Part shown: positions 1 through 12,749 of the stretch, piece by piece
How the letters are laid out: each line of letters begins with the position of its first letter
How positions within the stretch are numbered: position 1 is the stretch's first letter
From: Octopus sinensis
Lineage: Eukaryota
NCBI RefSeq assembly: GCF_006345805.1
Contig: NC_043016.1
Span: forward strand, 21,824,001 to 21,888,000
Direction of reading: 5' to 3'
DNA length: 64,000 nucleotides
Translations under genes and position numbers: made by a program
The notes under the pieces: model-generated
What the model was told of the DNA's origin: nothing
Databases searched by the model: none
What the model saw: the letters and a program-made list of their open reading frames with translations, nothing else

Positions 1-82
1 GGGGTCAATGTAATTGACTAGCAACCCCACCCCCCAAATTTCAGGCCTTGTACCTGTAGTAGAAAGGATTACTATTATTATT
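1..82 (+). mobile_element. 3' tail of a SINE-like repeat ending in (TTA)n
   Basis: GGGGTCAATGTAATTGACTAGC...CCAAATTTCAGGCCTTGTACCTGTAGTAGAAAGGATT followed by TTA repeats. Recalled as an octopus SINE 3' end; cut by the window edge. Confidence 0.5.
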
Positions 83-670
83 ATTTCTCTTTATCACAGG
101 TTTTATTGGAGCTTCTGGAGTTTTACATGCATAGCAGGCTTGCTACCTGCAGCCTACAGTACCGTGCTATCCATTCTTTTCAGCTATCTAAAACTTTCCT
201 GATTATTCTGGCCATGCCAAGGAGGTAAACCTTTCGTAACAGTTCTACTGGGTACTCTATTCCAATTTCCTTTATATTCCCCTTGATGCCTTCTGATACT
301 GTTTCCAAGAACCCAACAATAATTGGCGCTATCTTCCCCTTCTTCATTTTCCATAGCTGAGCCATTTCGTACTTAAGAAGGTTGTATTTATCTATCTTTT
401 TGCTTTCTTTCTTGACTATTTGTGGGTCAAAAGGGCATGCAACATCAACTACATAGCATATGTGGTGCATCTTGTCCACCACCACTAGGTATGGACTGTT
501 ATGCTCTAATATCTAATCTGTTTGGATTGGGAAATCCCAGAGAATTTTGCTAGTCTCTGACTCTGCCACTCTCTGCAGTTTGTGCTCATATCACATCTTG
601 CTTCTCTCTAGTCCTCACTTTTCACACAGTTTTCCAAGTAGCGCTTTCGCTACCTGATCATGTCACCACA
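83..670 (-). mobile_element. Dong/R4-clade non-LTR retrotransposon, 5'-truncated copy 1 (restriction-like endonuclease C-terminus plus 3' UTR)
   Basis: Manual translation gives HDQVAK...KILWDFPIQTD..LEHN..LVVVDK..CYVVDVACPFD...PIIVG...LLGMARIIRKVLDS* (ORF 180-485), then an (AAT)n tail. Contains stops. Confidence 0.85.
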
Positions 671-783
671 ACTTGTAGTGGTTTTGGGTAAATCTAGGGC
701 ATTCATTCGTGAAGTGATTTAGGGCAAGTCTAGGGTATTCTTTCATGAGTGGTTTTGGGTAAGTCTAGAGCATTAGTTCATGA
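668..783. repeat. Minisatellite, three ~36-bp units
   Basis: Three copies of GTG(G/A)TTT(T/A)GGG(T/C)AA(A/G)TCTAG(G/A)G(C/T)ATT...(A/G)TGA at the 5' break of Dong copy 1. Confidence 0.7.
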
Positions 784-784
784 A

Positions 785-801
785 TTATTATTATTATTAT
801 A

Positions 802-844
<43 letters not shown>

Positions 845-846
845 GT
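785..846. repeat. (ATT)n microsatellite, tail/target of Dong copy 2
   Basis: Directly visible. Confidence 0.95.
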
Positions 847-849
847 TTT

Positions 850-2173
850 ACTTCTCAGAGCACTTGGTCTTGTTTGCTCTGGTTGATTCAGTAAGAGCAG
901 ACAGCAGCCTGTTGTCAGATGTCATACAGCGTCTCTTTCTGCAAGTTGTAAGCTTTGCTAATTGGATCTTAATTATTGTGGAAGCCATTCAACACCCAAG
1001 TACCAATCTCAAAATCCTAGCTGCCCCCAGCAGAGCAGTTTTTTGGACCTGTACTGCTCTCATGTCAGTTCCATATTCTCTGATATATTTCTCAAACTTG
1101 GTTGTTAGTGTTCCAAGTGTCCCGAAAACTGCTGGGATATAACAGACACTCTCCTGTCATTCCATTCTTGCAATTTCGTCTTTTAGTTGTCTGTATTTTT
1201 CCATCTTTTCCAGTTCTTTGTCACATAAGCGTGCATCTTCAAATATTGCAATATCTATAATCTTGATGATTTCTTTTTTTATTTTATCTACCACAACAGT
1301 GTCTGGTCTCTGAGAATTGATTAGGTAGTCCCATTGGTTTGTAAGATCCTATGGTATCTTAAATTCATTGTTTATGGTGATTCCTTCTGGGTCATGTTCA
1401 TACTATTTTGGTGCTCTGTCTAGGCCATACTTTTCACATAGTCTCCAGAGAACAAACTTAGCCACGTTATGCCTCCTTTCATAGTGCTTTTGAACCAGCT
1501 TGCTACACTCACTCACAATATATGAGATTGTTTTATTTTTGCTGCTACACATCCTACAAAGAGGTAATTTGCTACTCTTATCTATTCGAAGCTTGGTGTA
1601 ATTAGTCCTCAGAGCTTGTTTCTGGCACTACATACAAATGCTTTAGTGTATCCTTTTAGATCACTTTTTCTTTACCATCTCCAAGTGTTGGTCTTGTCTT
1701 TTCCTTCGATTTCTCTGAGGTATTGTCCATGCAGTGATTTCATTTTCCAATTGTTTATTCTTTCTTCTTCATCTTGTTTCTTAAATGTTTGTGGGTGCAT
1801 CACATTTGTGGTAGGTATTGTATTATTAATTCTAACAGTGGCAAGCAAGGATTCACTCTGCTGTTTGATGTATCATCCCAGGCTGTTCTTCTCATTGACA
1901 ACACAGATCCTGCATTCTATGATGCCTCTTACTCACTTGTTCAGACCTCTTACTTGTTCAGGCACATACAGCCTGTCAATATCGTTTTTTGGGTGTAGTT
2001 CCTTGTTAATTGTCGTTGTTTTTCTGATTTTCCTGTCCATTTCTTCCAGCTCATTCTTTTGTCCACTTAACAACACCTGCACCAGATTGCATCAAGGAAA
2101 CATCCCATGTGTTCATTGCCCTGATTTCGTTTTTTCCATTGAGCCTACTTTCCACAATTAATTTGGCTCTTCT
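850..2173 (-). mobile_element. Dong/R4-clade retrotransposon, 5'-truncated copy 2 (RT thumb, CCHC knuckle, RLE, 3' UTR)
   Basis: RRAKLIVESRLNGKNEIRAMNTWDVSL; DIDRLYVP; LHGQYLREI; CRMCSSKNKTISYIVSEC; RPDTVVVDK..IIDIA; QKTALLGAARILRLVLGC*. Multiple stops and frameshifts. Confidence 0.9.
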
Positions 2174-2174
2174 A

Positions 2175-2245
<71 letters not shown>

Positions 2246-2279
2246 TATTATTATTGTTATTATTATTATCATTATTATT

Positions 2280-2311
<32 letters not shown>

Positions 2312-2313
2312 TA
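2175..2313. repeat. (ATT)n/(ATC)n microsatellite
   Basis: Directly visible; source of the poly-Ile and poly-Met ORFs. Confidence 0.95.
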
Positions 2314-2659
2314 TTTAGGTAAATTGTAATATTATTTGATTTTTTATAGTTTAAAGCTGTTTGTCTATTTATGTATATTTAAAAGTTCAATGTTATAGAG
2401 TATGAACATTTAAGTGTATGTCTGTTAAATAATTTTTGTTATTTATTAGAAGGTGGGAAATGTTTATGTAATTGCTTAAAAGAAGAATTTCATCAGAAAT
2501 ATGGATTCCAAATGGAGCATTGTACCACAAAATTTTTCTGTTGCTTTTTTTTTTTTTTATTAAAGTTGTAAATTCTACTTATTTGGAATGTTTATTTTTG
2601 TACTTACTTCCAGTACTATAGTTTTTAAATGCTGAATCAAGTTGAAAGTTGTTACTATA

Positions 2660-2689
2660 ATCATTATTACAACTATCGTTATCATCATC

Positions 2690-2742
<53 letters not shown>

Positions 2743-2743
2743 C
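2660..2743. repeat. (ATT)n microsatellite, tail of Dong copy 3
   Basis: Directly visible. Confidence 0.9.
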
Positions 2744-3590
2744 ATTGCCTTTACACAGCTTCTAATTCTGGAGATGTACTACGTTGTCAGCTGTTCACTA
2801 CCAGTGAACTAAGGTAACACCCCTTATTTTTTGAGCACCTTCTGGAGTATTCAAGCAGTTCCAAGCAGTGCTGTTTTCTGCAAGTGCCCCATCCTTATTG
2901 CAGCCCTTATTTGTTCCATGTACTTCTCAAGATTTTTACTCACTGTTCCCAGGGCTCTGACAATTATTGGTACTACTATCACCTTTTTCATCAACCCCAA
3001 CTGCTTAACCTCCCAAGCTAACCTGTCATATCTTTCAACTTTACTTTCTTCCTTATTGCATACCTTGTTGTCAACTGGGCATGCTATATCTATGATCCAG
3101 CATAGTTTGCTTTCTTTCTCAATTAAGACTATGTCTGGCTTCCTATTCTCTATCTCATGATTGCACTGAATCATAAAATCCCACAGGATCTTTGCATTAT
3201 CCTTTCCCATGATGCCTTCGGGTTTATGGTTGTACCAATTTTTTCTCTGTCAAGTCCATACTTGTTGCAAAGTGTCCAATGGACAAGCCTTGCTATATTG
3301 TCATGGCTTCTCTTATATTCCTTCTGAGCATGTGGTGTACATTGGCTGGTAATATGCCATACGGTTTCACCATTTTGTCCACAGATTCTGCACTTATCAC
3401 TTTCTGATGTGTTGTCTATTCTGCATCTTATGTAGTTTGTTCCTAGTGCTTGGTCTTGGGCAGCACAGATTAGAGCCTCTGTTTCTGATTTTGAATCACT
3501 TTTAGTCATCCACAGCTATCTTTTTTCTCTGTCTGTCTTATCTTCAACATTCTGAAATTCTCCATGCATTCTTTTCTTTACCCACCTATT
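2744..3590 (-). mobile_element. Dong/R4-clade retrotransposon, 5'-truncated copy 3
   Basis: ORFs 3171-3509 (ETEALICAAQDQAL..CRICGQNGETVWHITSQC..HDNIA) and 2851-3210 (KILWDFMIQC..RKPDIVLIEK..IIDIACP..KTALLGTA). Confidence 0.92.
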
Positions 3591-3591
3591 T

Positions 3592-3746
<155 letters not shown>

Positions 3747-4000
3747 AACACTAAAATCACTACTATTAATTACAATATTAGTTTTATCAATAGAAGTATC
3801 TAAATTAGTAACTTTTGTTATAGTTTAGTCTTATTTTTAATTATTGCTTTATTTTTATTTAAATATTAGGAACACTATTTTAGGTATTTGATGTTATTAG
3901 GATTAACTATATTTTTGGTATGGTCAGATTTATTATAATTTGTGTTATTGATTCAATGACAGTTATTTTCATGGCCATTATGTATTTGTAGCTTTTTAAT

Positions 4001-4046
<46 letters not shown>

Positions 4047-4186
4047 TATTCAATTTTATCATTGTTGTCAGCTTTAGCGAGGGCTTCTCTCTCTCTATCT
4101 TCTTATCTATTTTTTTTTCTTCTTTACCCTTTTTCCTCTCTCTCTCTCTCTCTGTATTTCAGGCAAATCCCAAAGGCTAATATATA

Positions 4187-5418
4187 CAGAGTGCATAAAA
4201 AATTTGAGGGCATACCTTTTTTGGCTCATTGCTGCATTTTTTGCTAACTCTGTATAATCTTTGTTTCAGAAAATCATGATGGCAGACCCTCAGATTACTC
4301 AAGAAATGAAGAGGCATGCTGTTATTGTGGTTATAAAGGCTGATCATAGTGATTTATAAATATCTCAATTATAAAAGTTGTCAGATCTTTCATCTACAAA
4401 GCTTATAAGGAGCTAGAGACAGAAGATGGAAATGTTTCACCAGTATCAAAGCATAAAAAGCATTCTAAATGCTCTAAAATCATCAGAACACCTGAATTTA
4501 TCCAGCAAGTTCAATAGACCATTGATTACAATCCCAGAAAGTCCATGGGGTCAATTGCAAAAGATTTCCATGTGTCAGAAGGAACAGTCAGAAATGTTGT
4601 CCTCGAAGACATCAGCTATAAATCTTATATGATGAGGAAAGGTCAACTTGTCAGAAAAAGCAAAAGAAAATCACATCATATCTAAAAGGCTCTTAAACAA
4701 ACTGAAAAATCCAGCAGAAGATTAGACTTGGTTTTCCTCAAATGAGAAAAACTTCGATCAAGATCAGTTAACAGAAGAAACAACAGAGATTATGTGCAGA
4801 CTCTTCTGAAGTACCAAGTGTAATGTATACAAAATTTCTTAGAACTCTCATGGTTTTAGGGGCTGTAAGCAATGAAGGACATGTGACGCCTTCTTACTTC
4901 TTTCAACAAGGCCTTAGAGTTAACTCTGCTGCCTACATTGAGGTCCTGGAAATAATTGTTAAGCCCTGGATAGACAGTGTATGCAATGGGAGGCCATATG
5001 TGTTTCAGTAAGACCCTGCACTATCACATATGGCTCTAGTAACACAGGAATGGATGGCTGAAAATTTTCATGATCACATAACCCCTAACATTTGGCCTCC
5101 TAATTCTCCAGATCTCAATCCTTGGACTATTACATGTGCAGTGTTGTTGAAAAAGAGGTCAAGGAAGATTCTTTGAAAGCTGCCATAGTTAGAGTAATGT
5201 CCAAAATGAACCAGGACCACTTGATTCGAGCATGTAGATGATTTAGATCTCATATAGAAGCTGTTGTTGAAGTGAAGGTGACTTTATTAAATAACATTAT
5301 AGAAAAGAAGATTTATTTTCATCCTCATAGCATTTTTTTGATAAATAAAGTTATCTGTTATTTATTTATCTGTATTTTTATAAATGTAAATCTGTCCTCT
5401 AATATCATATGCTCCCTG
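4187..5418 (+). mobile_element. Tc1/mariner DNA transposon, maT/DD37D-like, full length but pseudogenised
   Basis: Imperfect TIRs (CAGAGTGCATAAAAAATTTGAGGGCA vs reverse complement CAGGGAGCATATGATATTAGAGGACA), TA on both flanks. Transposase motifs FSSNEKNFDQD, VMVLGAVSNEG-like, WPPNSPDLNP. Stops and frameshifts. Confidence 0.88.
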
Positions 5419-5421
5419 TAA

Positions 5422-5456
<35 letters not shown>

Positions 5457-5457
<1 letters not shown>

Positions 5458-6530
5458 TAGCAGTAATGCCCATCATTGATTGGGTAATTACTTTTACTGT
5501 TTCTTGGGAGCCACATTCAAAGAGTTATTATATATAGATTTACTCCTCCTGTATGTGTGTATAGTAATTGAAGTAGAAAAAAGATGGATTTCATATACGA
5601 ACTTCTGTTTGTTCTTCAAGTTGCAAATCCAGCAACTTTTATTAATGCTCATATCAGAATTGAGAAGCTAGAAAAATGGGTATATCATATAGAAGAATAG
5701 CTTTACGGAAACCAGGTGACTGTGATCACACTGAAAAGGCTACAGGTCAAGTAGAGCATCCATTTGTCACTGTTCCTTTTGACACTTGAATAGGTAGTAT
5801 ACCACGAATGAAGCTAGAAGAATAGCTATATCATATAGAAGAATAGCTTTAGGCGATCCAAGTGACTGTGCAATGGTGCTGAGAAGGCCACAGGTGAGGT
5901 GGAAGACCCATTTGACAGGGTTTCTTTTGATATTTGCATAGGCCATATGCCCAAGGAGAATTGAAAAATTCAGTTTCAAATCTGAACTATGGTGTAAGCA
6001 GAAATTCCAAAACTATATTACAGGAATGGAAGTCAAGGTAACAGTAAGTAATAGTCCAATGAAATTACAAATGCTGTGTCCTGTCAGTCAGATTTAGGTT
6101 TACTCATCCTGTATGTGTATTGTATAAGAGAAAAGCATGTAATAAATTGCAGTAGAAAAAAAATGTATTTCATATACGAACTTCTGTTTGTTTTTTGAGT
6201 TGCAATCCAGCAACTTTTTGTGTTTGGCTCTGACTTTTATTAATGCTCATGGCAAAAGAAAGTGGGATAGGAAACTGTAAGGGTTTAAATTTGAATGGGA
6301 TATTAGATGGTATAACTGGTATGTGAGGAACGAAGATGCTGTCACATTTATCTCAACCAGTGAGAATATTTGCACAATTTGTGCACAATTAGTGTTGTAC
6401 CACTGCATAATTTTTGTTGAGACAAATTAGGCAATAACATAATAGGAGATATAGAAAAAGCATTGCACATCGGGCATTTGTTTGGTGTTCATTACAGTGG
6501 TATATAAAAGCAATAACAAATACTTTGAAG
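5457..6530 (-). mobile_element. Helitron 3' fragment with Pif1 helicase C-terminal remnant
   Basis: CTAG terminus (5457-5460) and hairpin CCCATCATTGATTGGG. Minus-strand translation SPIMLLPNL..KLCSGT and IFVPHIPVIPSNIPFKFKPLQFPIPLSFAMSINKSQSQT matches the Helitron helicase motif. Confidence 0.8.
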
Positions 6531-6559
6531 GGGTTATCAAAACCCACCAACAAAGTCTA

Positions 6560-9500
6560 ACCTATACCAACAGTGATAGTAAAAGTCCAATCACAATCTG
6601 GAAAATTTCCTGAAAACTGTACACAGAGCTTAAAGGAAGAAACCCCAAAGGTATTGTAAAACTGACAGAGTTGCCAAAAGTATTTAACCTGCCAGCGGAA
6701 CCAAGCCTAAAAGAGAGGAAGTGGGGAACAGATCTCATTGATACTGAGAACAACCCTCCTTGAAAGATGAAAGGGCAGGTAAGCTCTACTTTCCTTCTTT
6801 GTCATTTTACTCTTCTGTGTATAGATTGTTTGAATGTGCATGGCCTGAGCTTGAAGTGGAGGCAGGTTTGTTTATTTGAAGACCTCAGGTCACATAGAAT
6901 AGATGTTATGGTTGCTACAGAGGCCAAGTTGGACTAGCTGCAGGCCTTCTCAACTCTCCTGAATGGCTATGAGAAAGTCATGTCTCCTAGTTGGACAGGG
7001 GGGATGGTGAGCATTGTAGTATTGCTCTGGAAAAACTTGACCCTGCAGACATGTACAATCTTTGTGGACCCAGAAGGTGAGTCGGTTGTTCTGGGTCTAA
7101 CATTCAGAGGTAAGGCCTTCAGGTTGATTGGCATTTACGCACTTGGCATGACAGGCAGACGGAATGATTTCTATTGACGCTTGGAGAACTTTCTTGTGAT
7201 GTCAAAGACACTAGTTATGCTAGGAAACTTTAACGCTATTCTTGATGCACACCAGGATAGTGTAGGCTCAAATGATATGAGATGTAACTCGTGCCTCGTC
7301 GATCTGCTGAAGTGATTTAGGCTGGCAGATTGATACAGACTTGATAATCCAAGCATTCCAATGTGCACTAGGAGTAATAATGATGGATCCATCAGGTCTT
7401 ATATAGATAGGATAACAGTTAATTCTAGAGATAAGTCTAGTTTTAGTTGTCCATAATTTACCTATGTACCCTACATGGATCACAAATTAGTGACATGTGG
7501 GATGCATATAGATAAAGTCCATAGATAGGGGTCTGGCTACTGGAAGTTGAACAAGTCCCTATTGGCTTGCAAAACTTACTCTAGCCAGATTAAGGAGTTA
7601 GTAATGAGGGCACTAACTGGCACTATGTTAAATAACTGGTGGTGGTGTGCCCTCAAACAAGCCATTCGACTTGAATCTATTAGATTTAGCAAACGGTTAA
7701 GTCTAGAATAGGCTAGAGTAGAAGGGAATTTAGTTAAGGTGTTAGAAGAGACACTGGGAGTGGGCTCTGCACCCCAAGTTTTGGCTGCAAGATAGGTCTT
7801 GGACCGACACCTTAATGCCAAACATGAAGGATGCAGAGTTTGGGCAAAAGTACATGCACTGGGTTGCGAGGGTATCAACGTTGCTGGGTGGGCTTGCTTA
7901 GTAGAAACCCAATGTGGCATAGATGCTACAATAAGGTCTGTGGTAGATGAGCATGGACAGGAGATCCAAGGACAGGAAGAGATGTGTAAGGCCTTCTACA
8001 AACACTTCGCTGTGTTGTTTGGGAGGGGTGGGGTGCTGGACCATAGAGATGTTCTTTGGAATTTCCTGGCCGGTGGCCCACATATTTCAGCATGTGAAGC
8101 TGAGCATTATGAAAGGCCAATCACAGCTGCAGAGGTTATAGAGGTGCTTTCTGAGTGCCCCGGGGACAAGTTGCCAGGACTGGATGGTCTACTGTATGAA
8201 TTTTATAAAAGTATGCTAGACTTCTTCAGGAACATACTGGCTGGTATATATGCAAACTGGCAGCAGAATGGGAGAATTCCCAAGTCTGTGAACCGGGGAG
8301 TAGTAAACACTGATCAGGAAGGACCCAAATAAGGGGGATATCATTAATAATTTCAGGCCCATAACTCTGCTAAACACAGAGTTAAAGATTTTGGCCAAGG
8401 TGTTAGCCAAGAGAGTGAGACTTGTTATAGGCGACTTGGTAGGAGAGGTGCAGACATGCACCATCCCAAGAAGGACAATACATGACAGCCTTCACCCATT
8501 CGCTACACCGTAGGGAGGGTTAATAAAATTCCTGGCAAGGGTTGGGCACTGGTGAATTTAGACCAGTCTAAAGCATTCGACAGGGCTGACAATTGGTATC
8601 TGGCGGCAGTTGGACTGGGTCCAACTTTCCATGACTGGATCAATGCTATGTATAGTGACATCAATTCAGTCATCCGGGTGAACCATTTCTTCTCGAAGCT
8701 GTTTGCAATCGAGTGTTCAGTTCTCCAGGGCTGCTCCTTGTCCCTGCTTCTGTATGTATTGGCTCTTGAGCCACTGCTGCAGAGGTTGGGGGCAAGTTGA
8801 TGCCTCCCAACAGTATCGTTGGACATTGGACAGAGAGCTTGGTTAAACTGCTTGGGATCTGGTTTGGACCAGATCTCCAGATGGAGAAAAATTGGAGTGA
8901 GGTCACAGAGTGCAGTCTGGGAGGATGCTATCCTTGTTAAGGAGGGCGGAGGTTGTACAGGTGCTTATAGCATCTGGGATAACCTATCACCTAACCGTTG
9001 TACCTTGCCCTGGTGTGTGGCTGACCAGGTTGGAATGAATCCTTTTCCACTTCTTGTGGTAAGAGAAACCACCATTAAGTGAGGCGCTCCATCTGCTGCC
9101 AGAAACCGTTGAAAGGTGGTTTAGGATGCCTTGGCTGATGATGCACAAGTTTGCGCTGAGGCTGAGACATTTCTGACTCTACCTGGATGGTGAACAGATG
9201 TGGTCACCGCACGTCAAGTTCTTTTTTCTGCAATTAACATCCCTACAGGACATAGGCGCATGGATCAAGTGAAGACCTAGAATGAGTGAATGGCAGGAGT
9301 GCAGACAAGCACTCACTCTGTCTTACCATGCGAGTAGTACCGGCAACGGGGCTAACACTGCGGATTTTTATAGCGGGTTGGTAGAGCACGAGTCCGATGA
9401 CGTCCTGGGGGAGGTTCTGAACTTTGATGGGAACCAGCTAGTCAACCTGTTTGGAATGACATTCGGGCCAAGGTACCTGGATAATTTCCAGAAATCCTTA

Positions 9501-10230
9501 GCTTGGCTGTGTTACCGATCGGCCTTACCAGTTCGAGAGAGGTTATCAAGGTAGGCCCCCCCCCCTCCCACATGACCGAGGTGCGGGCGCGTCAGAGAAA
9601 CTGTCGCGCACGCCTTCGTACATTGTGAAGAATTGAGGGGACTGATATAACCTATGTCGAATAACTGATGTGGGAAACGTAAAGAGTACAGCTATCGACT
9701 GAGTCCATCATTAAGATCGTACCACCTTCTTCCTTTAATAAGGAAAGAGAGGCGTCCTTTTTCTGTGTAGTAGCCATAGTGAAAAACACAGTAAGGATGA
9801 CGCGTGGAAGGAGAACTGAGACAGGCAACTTTATCTCCAGACACGGGTTGGTAAGTCATTTTAACTACCACCTGATAAGAAAGATCCGTCTGGAGAAAAA
9901 GTGCCTGTCTCAAAAAGTGTTCGAGAGAAGATGGATAACTGTTGTAAAGAAGCCGAGATTGAATGGGGCCGTGCTAGTGTAGCCGGTCAAGGCGAAAATG
10001 AAAGTAAAAAAGGAACGGAAAACAAAGGAAAAAGTCGGCGGTTTAAATAAAAACTCAAGAACTGTGTTCATTATAATCATTTAATTTTATTCTCATTCAT
10101 CTTTTCGATTTAACATACCAATTTAATCAATTTTTAATTTTATGATTGTAACTCCAGCCCTGTGTAAAGATCGTCCTTGTTCTACCCACCCTCCTCTATG
10201 TATGCCCCTCTAGGCAAATAAAGAAATTCT
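6560..10230 (+). mobile_element. Tx1 (L1-clade) LINE, 5'-truncated; ORF2 (APE-RT-zinc knuckle) from ~6830 to 9982, decayed
   Basis: CLNVHGL; LGNFNAILD; GSGYWKLNKSLL; PGLDGLLYEFY; FRPITLLNTELKILAK; LDQSKAFDR; QGCSLSLLLYVLALEPL; RCGRVRETVAHAFVHC. The YADD region appears deleted near 8800. AATAAAAG near 10217. Confidence 0.88.
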
Positions 10231-10499
10231 TTGGCACACGCAACTCGTCTCCAATAACGATGTGTCTGACACCAGCCAGTCTCCGCTTTCATCTTCTCCA
10301 CCTGTCTACATCGTTACTGTATGAAGACCACACGACCAACAGACCAACGGCTGCTCTGTACACCCCAAACAGTACGTCAACTTTGTCTACTAGATCAACA
10401 GTTCACCCTAACCACGAAGTCTCTCACACATCATTGTTGTAACCTGTTATATTGCTATTTCATGTATGGTTATCATTGCATTTTATAACGGAGACTAAA

Positions 10500-10735
10500 C
10501 CGTCGCTTACCAGTTCATTTCAAGTCGATATCAATTTTCGCATTTCTCATTAACGTTATACTATAAATGTTGCGATTTCCTTCTATAAAGATGATAACTT
10601 TATGGACATTCTTTAAATCTACAGGTACTATTTGAGCTTCCCCCATTCTCGAGATGCAGTTAAATAGCTTTGTTCTTCAAGACTAGCCACCATTCTGGAT
10701 GAGCTCCAGAGGAATGTTGTCTGGACCAGGAGACA
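10500..10735 (-). mobile_element. RTE-like LINE RT fragment
   Basis: SPGPDNIPLELIQNGG...VPVDLKNV..IIF..GNRN resembles the RT N-terminal motif. Confidence 0.6.
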
Positions 10736-10773
10736 TCGTGCGCGCACACCACACACACACAAATATACATATG

Positions 10774-11330
10774 AAAACTTATTTGTGTCATCTTGTATAC
10801 ATATACACTTATAGTATATACAAGAATAAACATCGTAATAGACTAATATGATACGAATACTTTAAACATATGAATATTATTTCTTTATGTAAATACGATC
10901 AATCACATGCAGTTTTCGTACACAATACAGGCAGAATTAAGGCAATCAATAAATTTGACTCAATTTAATTCGTTCACTCCAACCCAATTACTACAATGTA
11001 TTGCCAGTAATATACTATCTGGTTCGTTTATAATAACTATTTATCAATATGTATTTGTATATATACATATTCAAACTTAAATTCTCGGATGGATAACAAT
11101 TAACAATTGCATAATTATATACTACATAATAATAATATTTTATATTATGTGTGTGTGTGTGTAAATGTATATTTGAATAAATTTTATCAAAAGGCAGTTT
11201 GCACTGTTGTATCCAACACAAGGGAATTAACCAGCACTATAAAGCTTTACGATTCTTTCCCTTTACCCACGCTCTATCTGTTTTCATTCAAACTCTAGTT
11301 TGATGTCTTGTTTGCAGTATGTGTGTGTGT
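10774..11330. repeat. Duplicated non-coding block, copy 1
   Basis: 10774-11135 is nearly identical to 32491-32846. 11156-11330 is more loosely similar to 33462-33605. Confidence 0.9.
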
Positions 11331-11899
11331 ATATATGGACGGATGGAAGCGGAGGTGAAGGACATGGACCGCACCCCCTTTCGGTTATTATTGTATTTTT
11401 TTCTACAGAAACCCACCTTTTTGACTGCGGAGATTCCGAATCTGCAATAAAAATCGGCATTTCAAAATTTTACCCCCCCCCTTTCCAATTTTTTCACTTT
11501 TTTTTAGAAATTCCTTTTTTTTTGCGAAAGACGTAGAAAAATACGGGGATTATATAATTCTGAAAAAAAAAGTGTAAAATCTTAATTTGTAAAAAATAAA
11601 TAAACACCCTCTCCTTCTACTAAAATAGCAGACATAAAAAGTATCTATCGACATGCTAGAAACAGCAGTTAAACGACGAATCACATTTTCAAAATTTTAA
11701 TTTCCCCCACCTCCTTTTTTTCTTTGCCAGAAGGGTGGGGAGGGAGAAAATTAAAATTTTGAAAACATTTTTGGTGTTTTCAAAATCTTCAATTTCCAAG
11801 TATGCTCCAACCGGAAAGCCCGACAAGCTAGAAACAACTGCCAAACCGAAGATCCACTTTCTAAATATGAATTACCAAAAAAAACAAAAACAAACAAAC

Positions 11900-12570
11900 A
11901 AGACCATAACCCACCCTGCCTGATAGTTTAAGTATCTCAGTGGTGATTCTTGTTGGGCCAGGTGCTTACCCTGTCTTCATATCTTTAATTGCTTTATCTA
12001 CCAGGGTACTGTTGATTTGGGTTGCTGGTCCCTCAATTGGGCCAACCTTTGGCAGACTATCCTCCTCCCATTCGTTCTCCACATTCAGCAGTCTTTCATA
12101 ATGGCATCTCCAAGCCTTTTTCTTTGCAGAATTACTAAACGCAAGGGAACCATCATCCATGTGAACACATTTCTCTCCAATGACATCATGGTTTTCTCTC
12201 ACACTCTGTCTTGCAATCTGAAGAAAATCTATTTCTTGTGTGTCCTTAGTGTTTATTGCACCTGTGCATCTGCTACAAAGACTGTTTTCTCTGTTAACCT
12301 TTCTGTTATTCCATTTCTTATATATTGAGCAGGGCTATTTTCTCTAAAGGTATTAGAGTCCTATCCGTTTTCCTTCTAAAACGAACTTTAGTTTTTACTA
12401 AGGGACCTTTGATTGATTTTTTATTAAGTTAACTTTAAGACCCTTTTACAACAAGAATTTCTTTTCTGACTCTACTACAAATTCCACAATAAGAAAATGG
12501 TCATTAGTATATAGCTGTTCTTAAGGGCAACTAGTCTGAAATTTCTCCGTTATTGCCTGGATGATCACAT
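11900..12570 (-). mobile_element. RTE LINE ORF2 fragments
   Basis: KKAWRCHYERLLNVENEWEEDSLP (ORF 11966-12202); QAITEKFQTSCP*EQLY (YADD region). Confidence 0.8.
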
Positions 12571-12749
12571 GTGTGCGTGTGCATGTGTGTGTGTGCATGG
12601 ATATTTGGATTACAAAATCCACAATGGGGTTATGGTTATGGAACAAATAATATAAACTATTAGCTTGTGCTTGTCATAATTTCTGATGCATGTATATATG
12701 TGTGCATGCATGCATCCATCCATACATACATCTGTCCATACATTCATAT

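Noticed and set aside
2051-2318. Poly-Ile, poly-Met, poly-Thr and (YI)n or (HT)n ORFs here and at 3564-3803, 19133-19515, 60828-61161 and 63746-63988
   Set aside because: Translations of tri- and dinucleotide microsatellites; no coding evidence.
7576-9082. Overlapping ORFs on both strands treated as separate genes
   Set aside because: All are frameshifted pieces or antisense shadows of the Tx1 ORF2.
10505-10560. Possible first exon ending TG|GTAAGC on the minus strand
   Set aside because: It lies at the end of an RTE RT fragment.
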